Source of the DNA: an uncultured virus (IMG/VR IMGVR_UViG_3300027969_000065)
Taxonomy: Duplodnaviria > Heunggongvirae > Uroviricota > Caudoviricetes > Demerecviridae
Virus record (IMG/VR): IMGVR_UViG_3300027969_000065
Reading direction: 5' to 3' (one strand)
DNA: 34,634 nucleotides
Below the pieces are notes generated by a model, which worked only from the letters and a program-made list of their open reading frames with translations, made no database searches and was not told where the DNA came from. Positions 20,054-28,851 of this stretch are shown here, one piece after another; the first letter of the stretch is position 1, and the number at the start of each line of letters is the position of its first letter. Made by a program: the position numbers and the translations under genes.

Positions 20054-20094
20054 ACCAACAGCGTTATTCTGGAAGTATGACTCTAACTGTGCAA

Positions 20095-20535
20095 TTACTT
20101 GGCTGCGCTGATCTTCTGAAAGTTTCCCAGTTCAGTTACATTTTCGCTGACCCATGAATCAAAGTTACTTGATGACTTCATTAAGAATAAGGCATTTTCT
20201 TCGCTGTATTCTAGTTCAGCTTCCATGTCTTGACCTGTTAGGTCAACCGGTGCTAGCTGCTCTAGATAAGATAGCTTGAAACCTGTCCATCCTTTGATAC
20301 TGGCAGCTACATATAGCTGTAGAAATAAATCATCATTTAATTCTTCTGTGGGTTGCCGATTCTTAAATGTAATCTTTGTAGCTTTCTTGCGAATACCTAC
20401 TAGGGTTTCACGAGATAGGAAAGAGAGCTGAACTTTAAAACCACTAAATCCGGGGAATTCTACCTCTACTAGCTTGCTGGGAACTAGAAGCGACTTTAGA
20501 GATAGGCTAGTGGCTGGAACTTTGTCAATTGACAT
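20095..20535 (-). CDS. Tail assembly chaperone (gpG-like)
   Basis: Lies between tail tube and tape measure genes; IKGWTGFK...YSEENALFLMKSSSNFDSWV...LGNF. Confidence 0.85.
   Translation of the reverse strand: MSIDKVPATSLSLKSLLVPSKLVEVEFPGFSGFKVQLSFLSRETLVGIRKKATKITFKNRQPTEELNDDLFLQLYVAASIKGWTGFKLSYLEQLAPVDLTGQDMEAELEYSEENALFLMKSSSNFDSWVSENVTELGNFQKISAAK
20122..20128 (-). other. -1 programmed ribosomal frameshift site G GGA AAC
   Basis: X XXY YYZ heptamer in the correct phase; the -1 frame reads ...LSEDQRSQVIAQLESYFQNNAVG-MTREQY without a stop. Confidence 0.85.
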
Positions 20536-20610
20536 GGATTGTATCCTTTGTTATATATAGAGAGAGAAAAAAGAGGAAGCGGTGATCAAGCCGCCTCCTT
20601 GTAAAACTAT

Positions 20611-22008
20611 TTAAGCTGAGAAGTAACGAATTGTTAGATCGTTGGTCTTGGTGATATCGAAGCTAGGGGTACTGGCTCCGTTTACATCGGGGGTGTAACC
20701 CTGAGCAACGAAGTTAATTGTAGTAGCAACGACGTCTGCAACGTTAACTGCAGGAATCTGTAGAACAACACCAGGCATATCAAATTCTAAGTGAATTGCA
20801 TTTGCCTTGCCGCCCATTTCAAGCTGTACACGATACTTTGGCTCAGTAACAGTAGCAGAACCTGTTAATAGAGCATTTAGTAGGGCACCAGCATCAGTAC
20901 TACCACCAGTACGTAGATAAGCTGTAACGTTACCGGTAACAGAACGTTGACCTGTGTAGTATCCGATAGCTGTATTAACAACACCTAAGTTTGTTGGAAT
21001 TAAGTAGTTAATGTTGTTGGCAATAGTGATGTTACCGCCAGTGATGGGGATAGCATAAGAAGTTGAGGCAACAGCAGTATTCTGTGCACCGCCGATATTA
21101 CTTTCCAGAGTCATTGTAGACAGCTTGTTTGTAATATAGTTAGCAGTGGTAGTTACCAGCTGTGCTACGCCTAGCATTGCTGTACCAGTAATGGTAGCGG
21201 CTTGCTTTAGTGCAGTGCCTTTACCAGTCCATGAAACCATAGAGATGGCGTCTAGTCCAAAGTCAACACTTGCTTGATCCAACGCGCAGTTGTCAACTAG
21301 GTATACTACGTTGTCAACTACGAAAATCATACCGAATTTTTGCAGCTGATTTCTGTTAGAGCCCATGGTTGAAACATAGCTGAAACTAGGACCTTGAGCC
21401 CACTGACCTGTGTAAACTTTCAAGGTAGTACCAGTAGCAGTTGTTCCGGATGCAACAGCGGGAGCTTTTGTCATCTCTACAGTGTAGGTTCCTGCAGTGG
21501 GAATAGCGGTAACAATTGCTGCTTGATTCCAGTCAAGAGCACTAGTAACACCGTTAATATTAACAACATCACCAACAGCCAGTGAAGCAGCAGTAATTAA
21601 GGTTGCAGTAGAAGCACCTGCACCTGTAGTAGCAGCACGGCTAAGACCTGTAAAGGTTGTGCCGGTTGCGTCTAGATCTTTTGAACCCATTAAAGCATTC
21701 CATAGTACCTTTTCTGCAGCACCAACGTTTGTGCTAAAGAAAGGACGTAGATAAGTAGAGAATGAAAACTCTACTGCATTTAGTGATGTGTTGAAAGCGC
21801 GCTGGCCGCGAGTGGGCGTGGCACCGGATTCAGCGATTTGAATTGTTGTTTGATTAGTACCTTGACTGAAAGAATAACCGTCTTGTACTTGAATTTCAAA
21901 AGTATTTGAAGTTGTAAACCCTGCATTGGCATCAGTGATAACACCTGTTGCTGCGTTTACGTTTGTGGTGAAGTATACTTTTGTATTTCTACTTAGATTA
22001 ATTGCCAT
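20611..22008 (-). CDS. Major tail (tube) protein, T5 pb6-like
   Basis: LSRNTKVY...FEIQVQDGYSFSQ...ESGATPTRGQRAFNTSLNAVEFSFSTYLRP; YITNKLSTMTL; YAIPITGG.ITIANNINYL; SD GGAG. Confidence 0.9.
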   Translation of the reverse strand: MAINLSRNTKVYFTTNVNAATGVITDANAGFTTSNTFEIQVQDGYSFSQGTNQTTIQIAESGATPTRGQRAFNTSLNAVEFSFSTYLRPFFSTNVGAAEKVLWNALMGSKDLDATGTTFTGLSRAATTGAGASTATLITAASLAVGDVVNINGVTSALDWNQAAIVTAIPTAGTYTVEMTKAPAVASGTTATGTTLKVYTGQWAQGPSFSYVSTMGSNRNQLQKFGMIFVVDNVVYLVDNCALDQASVDFGLDAISMVSWTGKGTALKQAATITGTAMLGVAQLVTTTANYITNKLSTMTLESNIGGAQNTAVASTSYAIPITGGNITIANNINYLIPTNLGVVNTAIGYYTGQRSVTGNVTAYLRTGGSTDAGALLNALLTGSATVTEPKYRVQLEMGGKANAIHLEFDMPGVVLQIPAVNVADVVATTINFVAQGYTPDVNGASTPSFDITKTNDLTIRYFSA

Positions 22009-22100
22009 AGATTTCTCCTAGATGGTGAAGTCTCGTCAAAGCACTGACTAGATATTTATCTGCGTATGCTTGTAAGAGACCAGGTAAGGCTTACGCCTTA

Positions 22101-22538
22101 TTACATTATTTGATAACGCACTTGAAGATTAATTTCTCCAATTGCATAAGGTGCTAAAAGGCCTTCGTCAGTGGTAATAGAAGTTACTAAAATCTCTGTG
22201 GTTTCGTAATTGTTGAGCGCGTCATATACCAACACACGATTCGCATCAATTACATTCTCTACGTCTTCTAATAGGTCTTCGAGTAACTGTTGCGAGTCTT
22301 CGCCTTTGCAGTATATTTTCAAGCTGATGCCTAAATACCCCCAAGTAAAAGCACTGGGATGATATTCTCTGGCTTCTGATCCGGCTACTACGAAGACCGA
22401 AGGGAAATCGTTGGTCTCATCCCAAAACTTTAGTTTTGCAAATGAGTTGTTAAAAATATTTGTTTTGTACCCTGTTGATCCATCAATGATTTTGAATTTT
22501 TCAGCAAGGGCTTTTACAATACTTGTTCTTCTGCTCAT
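22101..22538 (-). CDS. Tail terminator protein (T5 p142-like)
   Basis: MSRRTSIVKAL...KFWDETNDFPSV...SITTDEGLLAPYAIGEI; synteny. Confidence 0.85.
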   Translation of the reverse strand: MSRRTSIVKALAEKFKIIDGSTGYKTNIFNNSFAKLKFWDETNDFPSVFVVAGSEAREYHPSAFTWGYLGISLKIYCKGEDSQQLLEDLLEDVENVIDANRVLVYDALNNYETTEILVTSITTDEGLLAPYAIGEINLQVRYQIM

Positions 22539-24334
22539 ACTAATACCGCTCGCATTCTGTTTCCAACCATTGTGGCTCCGATTTCTCTAATTGACCTAGA
22601 TATCAGCAGTTTAGGGTCTCTGGTGGCTGGGCTCTCTTGAGCTCCACCGGTAGAGAAAGTAGCGTACGGGTTGCGCATATAACTATAAAAAGCAGTAATC
22701 ATACCTTCTCTGGACTGACTCATCTTTTCTACTTTAGCAGATTCTGCAAAGCGTCCGGTTTGATAATTTAAAACATCTCTGCGTAATCCTGTACCCATGT
22801 TCTTTTGAATCTGAGTATGCAGGTTCTGATTAAGTAGATTCTGTAAAGAAACTAAGCTAGTAAATTGACCGCCTAGGGTACGTAATTTTTTAGATATTGT
22901 TACACTAGGTGGCCTACTTATTTTTGTACTAGATTTAGTAGGTTTCTTAACAGTAGGGACTGATTGTTTAGGACTGATCTTAGATTTAAATAAATTAATA
23001 GAATCTTTAGAATTTGTTACTTCTTTTGCAGGTAAAGGTTTACCTGATAGTATACTACTAAAAGTTACTTTGAGGGCTTTTAGTACAGAGTCTGAGCCCT
23101 CAGTTTCTATTAACTTAGCTGCTATTTGTTTACTATTTGCTTGCAAATTAGCAGCTACTTTTTTACCTAAATCATCTAAGTAATTTCCACTTGTTAATTC
23201 TGTTCCTACTCTATCTATATAGTTTGCTAAAGTGGTAATACCGCTGAAAAAAGATATTAATTTATTTCTGAATACTTCTGTCTGTTGTTGTTTATCAATA
23301 TCTCTTTGAGGGCCGGGATTACTCACATGATTAATTAAAGCAGTAAGATTTTTACCTAATGTACTTAATTGGGAACCAGCAAGCTGGTTAGCAATACTAA
23401 GCTGGATTTCTATAGAAGATTCCCCAGTAGCTCCTGTAGAACTATCATATACTGTTTTCTGACTGATAGCATTTAATTTAACATTATTAATAAGGTTACT
23501 GGTAATATGGTCTGCATCTGACAAAATATGCAACATACTTTGAAATAACTCATTGATATACGCTTCATCCTCTGTAATATCAGAATTTGAAAAGAATTTA
23601 ATTTCTGGATTCTTAGGTATTGAAGGATCTCCGTGTACGTCAAGTACATTGGCTGTTAGTCCAAACGCTCTGATAAGCCTCTGATTGAAAATACCTAAAA
23701 AGTGTCCGGCATCTGTATTAATATAAATAAATTGTGAAATTACCTTACCATTTACTGATGCGATAAAATCTGCAAATCTTATATTAAATTCTCCGTGTAC
23801 TAAATTTTTAGCTATGAATTCTTTATCCTCTGTAATAATTACTGTATCATCATCTGGGAATGTTTTAGTATAGTAATCTACAAACTCGTTGTATAGAGAA
23901 TTTCTACCTAAAATTTTGGAAGCAAAAATTGCTAATTCTGATAATATCTCATTAACAGGTTTACCTAGCCCTATTAAATCAGTTATATGCTTAGCTAACT
24001 CGGGAGATTTTTCAGCAGCACTATTTTTAAGATATGTTTCTTTATTCAATCTTATCAATTGTTTGGCATTAGCATCCTTAGCTGCAATACTAGCCTCACT
24101 AAACTGTTTAGATAGTAGGTTTAATGATCCCGCGGTAAGAATGCCTTCCTGTTTAATGTCTGTTACTAATCTAACAGCTGCTCCAGATCCTGGGGTTATT
24201 CTATCAGCTCCTCTTCTATACGAAGTATCCTTAGCTAGAATAGCTTTTATAGTATGTTCTTGAGAAGCTAACTGTGATTGTAGTCTAGCCAATATTTGAT
24301 TAACTATAGTATCACTAAATTTACCCTTGCTCAT
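22535..24334 (-). CDS. Tail completion protein (T5 p143-like C-terminus) with long N-terminal extension
   Basis: C-terminal IQKNMG...LNYQTGRFAES...YSYMRNPYATF...RDPKLLISRSIRE; lies between head completion and tail terminator. Confidence 0.7.
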   Translation of the reverse strand: MSKGKFSDTIVNQILARLQSQLASQEHTIKAILAKDTSYRRGADRITPGSGAAVRLVTDIKQEGILTAGSLNLLSKQFSEASIAAKDANAKQLIRLNKETYLKNSAAEKSPELAKHITDLIGLGKPVNEILSELAIFASKILGRNSLYNEFVDYYTKTFPDDDTVIITEDKEFIAKNLVHGEFNIRFADFIASVNGKVISQFIYINTDAGHFLGIFNQRLIRAFGLTANVLDVHGDPSIPKNPEIKFFSNSDITEDEAYINELFQSMLHILSDADHITSNLINNVKLNAISQKTVYDSSTGATGESSIEIQLSIANQLAGSQLSTLGKNLTALINHVSNPGPQRDIDKQQQTEVFRNKLISFFSGITTLANYIDRVGTELTSGNYLDDLGKKVAANLQANSKQIAAKLIETEGSDSVLKALKVTFSSILSGKPLPAKEVTNSKDSINLFKSKISPKQSVPTVKKPTKSSTKISRPPSVTISKKLRTLGGQFTSLVSLQNLLNQNLHTQIQKNMGTGLRRDVLNYQTGRFAESAKVEKMSQSREGMITAFYSYMRNPYATFSTGGAQESPATRDPKLLISRSIREIGATMVGNRMRAVLV

Positions 24335-24336
24335 AG

Positions 24337-24966
24337 TTAATTGTAACTCTCAGTATACAAATCTAACACACGTTTAATATGAGCAGGCAGGTGAGTATTA
24401 AGAATATACTCAATCTGTACAGTGCTGGCACCAACGGGCTTCTGAGATTTAACAGCACCGTCACCTTTTAACTGATAAGTAATTAAATCCATTACAGCCA
24501 TCTTTAAATCGTACGGTAGAGTTTCATATCCTGCAGTGTAAGTAACTCTGTATCCATTAACACGTTTAGTAAACTCAGGATCAGGATTATACCGCATACT
24601 GGTATTAAGTCCACCGTAGTAATCAGCATAAAAGTTCATGTTCCTAATTGGAACAATCTGATTAGTTTCTTGATCTACAGCATAATCCGTGAATTCCGTT
24701 AACTCTGTATATGTATTGCCGTAGTCCAACGAGTACTCAACGCTGCTCACAGACAGCAAAGGAGTTTCAGCTAAATTAAACGCAGTGCCGCCTTTGAATA
24801 CTTGTACTTTACTATCGTTGACGTAATCTACGAAAGTTCTACGACAAATTTGTTTGACTAAATTACTAACTGCTGGAATAAGAGAATTTAAAACACCATC
24901 CTGCGTAGTACTGGTAATTCCTACGTGAGCCTTATATTCTGCGAGCGTTACTAGATTTAGTCCCAT
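24337..24966 (-). CDS. Head completion / head-tail connector
   Basis: LVTLAEYKAHVGI...VSNLVKQICRRTFVDY...VTYTAGYETLPYDLKMAVMDL...LPAHIKRVLDLY. Confidence 0.88.
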   Translation of the reverse strand: MGLNLVTLAEYKAHVGITSTTQDGVLNSLIPAVSNLVKQICRRTFVDYVNDSKVQVFKGGTAFNLAETPLLSVSSVEYSLDYGNTYTELTEFTDYAVDQETNQIVPIRNMNFYADYYGGLNTSMRYNPDPEFTKRVNGYRVTYTAGYETLPYDLKMAVMDLITYQLKGDGAVKSQKPVGASTVQIEYILNTHLPAHIKRVLDLYTESYN

Positions 24967-25003
24967 ATGTTTTCCTTTTATCTTTTCTAAAGCTCAGGCC
25001 TTA

Positions 25004-25029
25004 GAAAAAACAGGGAACCGAAGTTCCCT
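25004..25029 (-). terminator. Intrinsic terminator after the capsid gene
   Basis: AGGGAAC-TTCG-GTTCCCT-GTTTTTT on the minus strand. Confidence 0.88.
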
Positions 25030-25043
25030 ATCTTTAAGTTAGA

Positions 25044-27047
25044 TTAGCTCCAACGTAGAGTTGCTACGCCTTGACCTAGATTGGTAGTGACTTGAGTCAT
25101 ACCAGTACGTAGGCTAGCTACTAGAACACGACGTTGAGTCTCAACTAGTTCTTGAGTGTCAAAACGTAGACCACGCTGATTACCTGCTAAGAAGTTACCA
25201 GGAGCAATGCAAAGTGCACCGATGTTGGTAAAGACTGTGCCAGGAGTAGTTGTGGCTGCTGTAGGCTTAGAAGGAAACTCGCCAGATACTAGAACTGGAG
25301 TGTTACCTAGTGAACCAACTTGACCAGTTAGTAATGTAGCTTGTACACCAACTTGGTTCATTGTTTGGAAAGTAGTGTCGTCTAGTAAGTCGTAGTAGAC
25401 TTCGGTAGAAACGATATAAACTAACTCAGCAGGATCTAGACCCCATGCACCTAGGCTCTTACGTAGAGCACGTAAGTTAGCAATAGTTGCGGAACCGGTA
25501 TAAGTAGGAGTAACTGCAGCAGTAGCTTCGTACCGTGCTAGACCCTTAACAGGATCGGTACCAGAGCCAGCACCATATAGATACGCACGGTCAATAGCAC
25601 GAGCAACACGACGAACCATTGCGTCACGAACGATTGGTAAGAGAACAATTAAGCTGTCTTCTTCTTCTTCGTAGTTCATGTACTCGTTGGTAGCAACCTT
25701 GTATGCATTTAAGGTAACTTCTTTTAGCTGATGTGTAGCAGTAGTACCTGCTGAAGCAGTAGTACCAAAAGCTGTGCCTGACTGAGTAGCCCAAGTAGCT
25801 AGACCAGCTTCTGGGTTAACTGGAATAGTCATGACGTTGGTTTGCATCTGAATTGCACGAATATTAGGTGCAACTACTAAACGCCTACGAACTTCAGCTT
25901 CCATGTTCATGGAAACTTCTAGTTCCCAAGTACCGCTTGGAACGTGTGGGCTGCTGGTAGAAACAGTAGCAGTTTGGCTGCTGCTTGAATAGGAAGCTTT
26001 CTGAACTAGATCGCGGCCAAATTTGGTGCCTTCGATACCCTTGCCGGTGATTTTGCCTAGTAAGTAGGCGGTTTCACGTTCTTGATATGTAGTAGGTTGA
26101 CCAGACTTGTCGCCAGCAAATTGCATCTTGCTTGCTTGGATTTTGGCTAGTTCAGCAGTCTTTTCAGAGATAGCTGCTTCTAGTCCTGCTAGAGCGCTCT
26201 TTGAATCGTTGTGCTGGTCTTCGAAACGCTTGGTGACTTCGGCTAGCAAACGCTCGGCACCGGTGTCAACAGTTTTAATAGAGGCTTCAACAGCGCTCTT
26301 GATTTTGGTTTCTAGTTCTGCAGCAGCCTTGGCTTCTGCTAGAGCTTTTTCTGATTGAGCAGCTTGAGCTGCTAGTAGAGACTTGGTGGCTTGTTCGGCA
26401 GCACTGTTGGCAGCTTCAGCAAGCATTTGCTTTAGTTCTTCTGGATTCATTTTCCATTCCTTTTGAGTTGTGCTTTTTGCTTCCGTTGTGGATTCTAGCC
26501 CTTTAGCTGAATTGCCGTTGCGTGCAAATTGCTCTTTAAATTTACTGTAGTCCTCAGCACTATTAAATGCCTTGGATAGGTTAAATACAGTATTCTGATT
26601 GCATGGTACTGAAACGATTGAAATTTCAACTAACTCTAGCTCTTTAATCATAAAAACTTCTGCTGCTGAATTATATTCAGCATCCATAATTCTAAAACCA
26701 ACGCTAAAGGCTGTTAATACCTTGTCTTTAACTAAATTAAATATCTCTGCTGCTGCTGAGATTCTTGCTTTAATCCATAAACCTTTACTATCTATTCTGT
26801 GTTCAACCATGCGACCCACTGGATCGTCATAGTCATGTTGAGATAAGATAATAGGGTTAGTAAGATAATTCTGAATGCCTTTTTCCCAAACTGAGCTGGG
26901 AACTACATCTCCTGATCTATCAATATCTGTTGTACTTGCGTAACCTTCGATAAAAATAGAATCAATCTTGTCCCCTGCAGCCGGTAAGGCTCCCATATCT
27001 TTAATGGAAAAAGCACTATTCAAGTATAGTACTTTATTTTTTTCCAT
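25044..27047 (-). CDS. HK97-type prohead protease fused in frame to the major capsid protein
   Basis: Start MEKNKV follows GAGGAG. Protease motifs IEGYAST...DRSGDVV...ILSQH...AFSVGF...ELVEISIVSVPCNQ; no stop before the coiled-coil delta domain and HK97 capsid fold (EEEEDSLIVLLPIVRDAMVRR). Confidence 0.92.
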   Translation of the reverse strand: MEKNKVLYLNSAFSIKDMGALPAAGDKIDSIFIEGYASTTDIDRSGDVVPSSVWEKGIQNYLTNPIILSQHDYDDPVGRMVEHRIDSKGLWIKARISAAAEIFNLVKDKVLTAFSVGFRIMDAEYNSAAEVFMIKELELVEISIVSVPCNQNTVFNLSKAFNSAEDYSKFKEQFARNGNSAKGLESTTEAKSTTQKEWKMNPEELKQMLAEAANSAAEQATKSLLAAQAAQSEKALAEAKAAAELETKIKSAVEASIKTVDTGAERLLAEVTKRFEDQHNDSKSALAGLEAAISEKTAELAKIQASKMQFAGDKSGQPTTYQERETAYLLGKITGKGIEGTKFGRDLVQKASYSSSSQTATVSTSSPHVPSGTWELEVSMNMEAEVRRRLVVAPNIRAIQMQTNVMTIPVNPEAGLATWATQSGTAFGTTASAGTTATHQLKEVTLNAYKVATNEYMNYEEEEDSLIVLLPIVRDAMVRRVARAIDRAYLYGAGSGTDPVKGLARYEATAAVTPTYTGSATIANLRALRKSLGAWGLDPAELVYIVSTEVYYDLLDDTTFQTMNQVGVQATLLTGQVGSLGNTPVLVSGEFPSKPTAATTTPGTVFTNIGALCIAPGNFLAGNQRGLRFDTQELVETQRRVLVASLRTGMTQVTTNLGQGVATLRWS

Positions 27048-27059
27048 ATAACTCCTCAC

Positions 27060-28289
27060 TTATTGTGCCTTGCCACCTACTGGAGGTTTTGGGCTTGCCC
27101 CGTCTGACGAGGCTTTAGGTGGTGCTCCACCTACACCAGGGTTTACTGCAGAACCAGCAATATTTGCTGGAACTCGTAATTCATCAAATCCGGAAATAGG
27201 TCCGTAACGTAGTTCTTCCCGTGCTTCATTGGGTGTGATGATACCGCCGTTGACCAATGAAACATTGTATGCTGCTATGTCTTTTAACTCTGGTTGAAGT
27301 GCTGATACATTGTATGTAACTGGTGCAATATCATATCCAAAGTATCGCTCTAGCCCAGATACAAATTTCGTAACTATTGGAATTACTGTTTCTAAATAGA
27401 ACAAACGTAAGTTAGGGCTAATGTTTGCATTATTACCGCCTTCTAGTAAAATAGGCGGAACTCCCAACGCACGTAAAATCATGGCATTGTGACTTTGAAT
27501 AGAACTTTCAAAGTCCATTTCCGAAAATGTTTGTGTTAAGTTGCTGAACGGCTTCAAGCCACTGTCTAAGATCATGGGCTTGCGAGCACCGTTCTTTGGA
27601 CTGTAGCGAGCCTGCCAGTTGGCAATTGTTTTGTCTTTGGCGATCTGACTAAGCGTATTCTCGCTTGTAAAGATTAAACCTGCTACAGCTCCGTTTTCAA
27701 AGAACTGTTCTTGAAACTGCTGCATCTTGTACAAAATTTTGATGTTTCTGTCTGCAGATACTAGTCTGCTGGTACCACGATAAATCGACACACTGTTCAA
27801 GTCTTTTACGTGTATGATTTCGTCGGGTTTAAAAGAGATGGTTCTGTTGTAAGTATATAAACTTACAAAAGTTTTAGGGTCTGTTTCAACTGTGACATGC
27901 GAAGCAGGCAAATGGTATAAGTGAACACCATCGTGATAAATGAATATATTGCCTTCTAAGATAAAGTCAAGGAATAAGTTGTTTCTGAAATCTTGTGCTG
28001 ACTGGTACGGGTTAGGCGTGTAATTTAACAAACTGGTTAATGTTTTTTGTCTAATGCCTGTTGCTACACCAGGTGCTGTTTTATCTTTTACGTCGTAATC
28101 TAAACTACTCACTGCACTAACAATCATGTTAACGCCGCGATTTACAGATTCCAGCTTGTCAAATGCTTGCGCGTAATTAATAACAGCGTTGGTGTTGATA
28201 AACAACCCTTGCTCTCTGCTAATAAATTCCTGCGCTGGATTCAACTTCTCTCTATCTGCAAACCAAGTATTCGGTTTGTACCAAGCCAT
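27060..28289 (-). CDS. Portal protein (HK97/T5 type)
   Basis: EKLNPAQ...LLNYTPNPYQ...EGNIFI...EIIHVKD...FFENGA...ALGVPPILL...GIITPNEAR. Confidence 0.93.
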   Translation of the reverse strand: MAWYKPNTWFADREKLNPAQEFISREQGLFINTNAVINYAQAFDKLESVNRGVNMIVSAVSSLDYDVKDKTAPGVATGIRQKTLTSLLNYTPNPYQSAQDFRNNLFLDFILEGNIFIYHDGVHLYHLPASHVTVETDPKTFVSLYTYNRTISFKPDEIIHVKDLNSVSIYRGTSRLVSADRNIKILYKMQQFQEQFFENGAVAGLIFTSENTLSQIAKDKTIANWQARYSPKNGARKPMILDSGLKPFSNLTQTFSEMDFESSIQSHNAMILRALGVPPILLEGGNNANISPNLRLFYLETVIPIVTKFVSGLERYFGYDIAPVTYNVSALQPELKDIAAYNVSLVNGGIITPNEAREELRYGPISGFDELRVPANIAGSAVNPGVGGAPPKASSDGASPKPPVGGKAQ

Positions 28290-28297
28290 ATTATTCC

Positions 28298-28735
28298 TTA
28301 GTAGAATTGGCCGAAGTGAGCTATTGACTGGTGAACTTTAACGGGTTCCACATATCCACTCTCTGCTTTTGCCTTCTGGTCTTCAATCCACTTGCTTTGC
28401 TTGCTGGCACTTATGAGGCTGGGAGCTTTACCGTATACACCATGTAAAGATACGTGATGCCTATTACACAGAGTATAGACGTCTTCGTAAATTTCCTTGT
28501 GGTGGACTTCAATAAACTGATCCCGCACAGCTAAGATTCCAGCATCTGTGGAAATATCATAACCGCTTTTATTTGCCCAGTTGTTTAGCAGCACAGTAAG
28601 TGAATGCGTGTGATGTAATTCTAAGTCGGCTTGCGTGTTGCAGATGTAACAATAGTCCTTCTTGTCGTATGCTGCTTTCGCCCTGTCTCGGACCCATTTA
28701 ACCGGAATACGATTGTTGGTTGTGTTCTTAGCCAT
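28298..28735 (-). CDS. HNH endonuclease, T5 nicking-endonuclease-like
   Basis: Start MAKNTT (the longer ORF overlaps a promoter); CYIC...LELHH...TLCNRHHVSLHGVYGK; sits between TerL and portal as in T5. Confidence 0.82.
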   Translation of the reverse strand: MAKNTTNNRIPVKWVRDRAKAAYDKKDYCYICNTQADLELHHTHSLTVLLNNWANKSGYDISTDAGILAVRDQFIEVHHKEIYEDVYTLCNRHHVSLHGVYGKAPSLISASKQSKWIEDQKAKAESGYVEPVKVHQSIAHFGQFY

Positions 28736-28762
28736 TTTTACACCAAAGTTTTTAATTTCCTT

Positions 28763-28791
28763 ATTATAGCATGCAGGCACACCACTGTCAA
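28763..28791 (-). promoter_or_regulatory. Consensus sigma70 promoter for head genes
   Basis: TTGACA-N17-TATAAT with TG extension. Confidence 0.9.
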
Positions 28792-28851
28792 CACTTAAAA
28801 TTTCATAGTAGCAAAAGAAAAAGCCTCTGAAAACACAAGGCTTTCAAAGGC

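Noticed and set aside
19400..21840. GC-rich GCGC patches (about 19420-19435 and 21797-21830) as T5-type nick sites
   Set aside because: No consistent extended consensus was visible, and they are explained by Arg/Ala/Pro codons; nick mapping would be needed.
4512..28780. Longest-ORF starts at 5171, 19654, 27059 and 28780
   Set aside because: They overlap promoters or lack an SD; downstream ATGs at 5096, 19612, 27047 and 28735 fit better.
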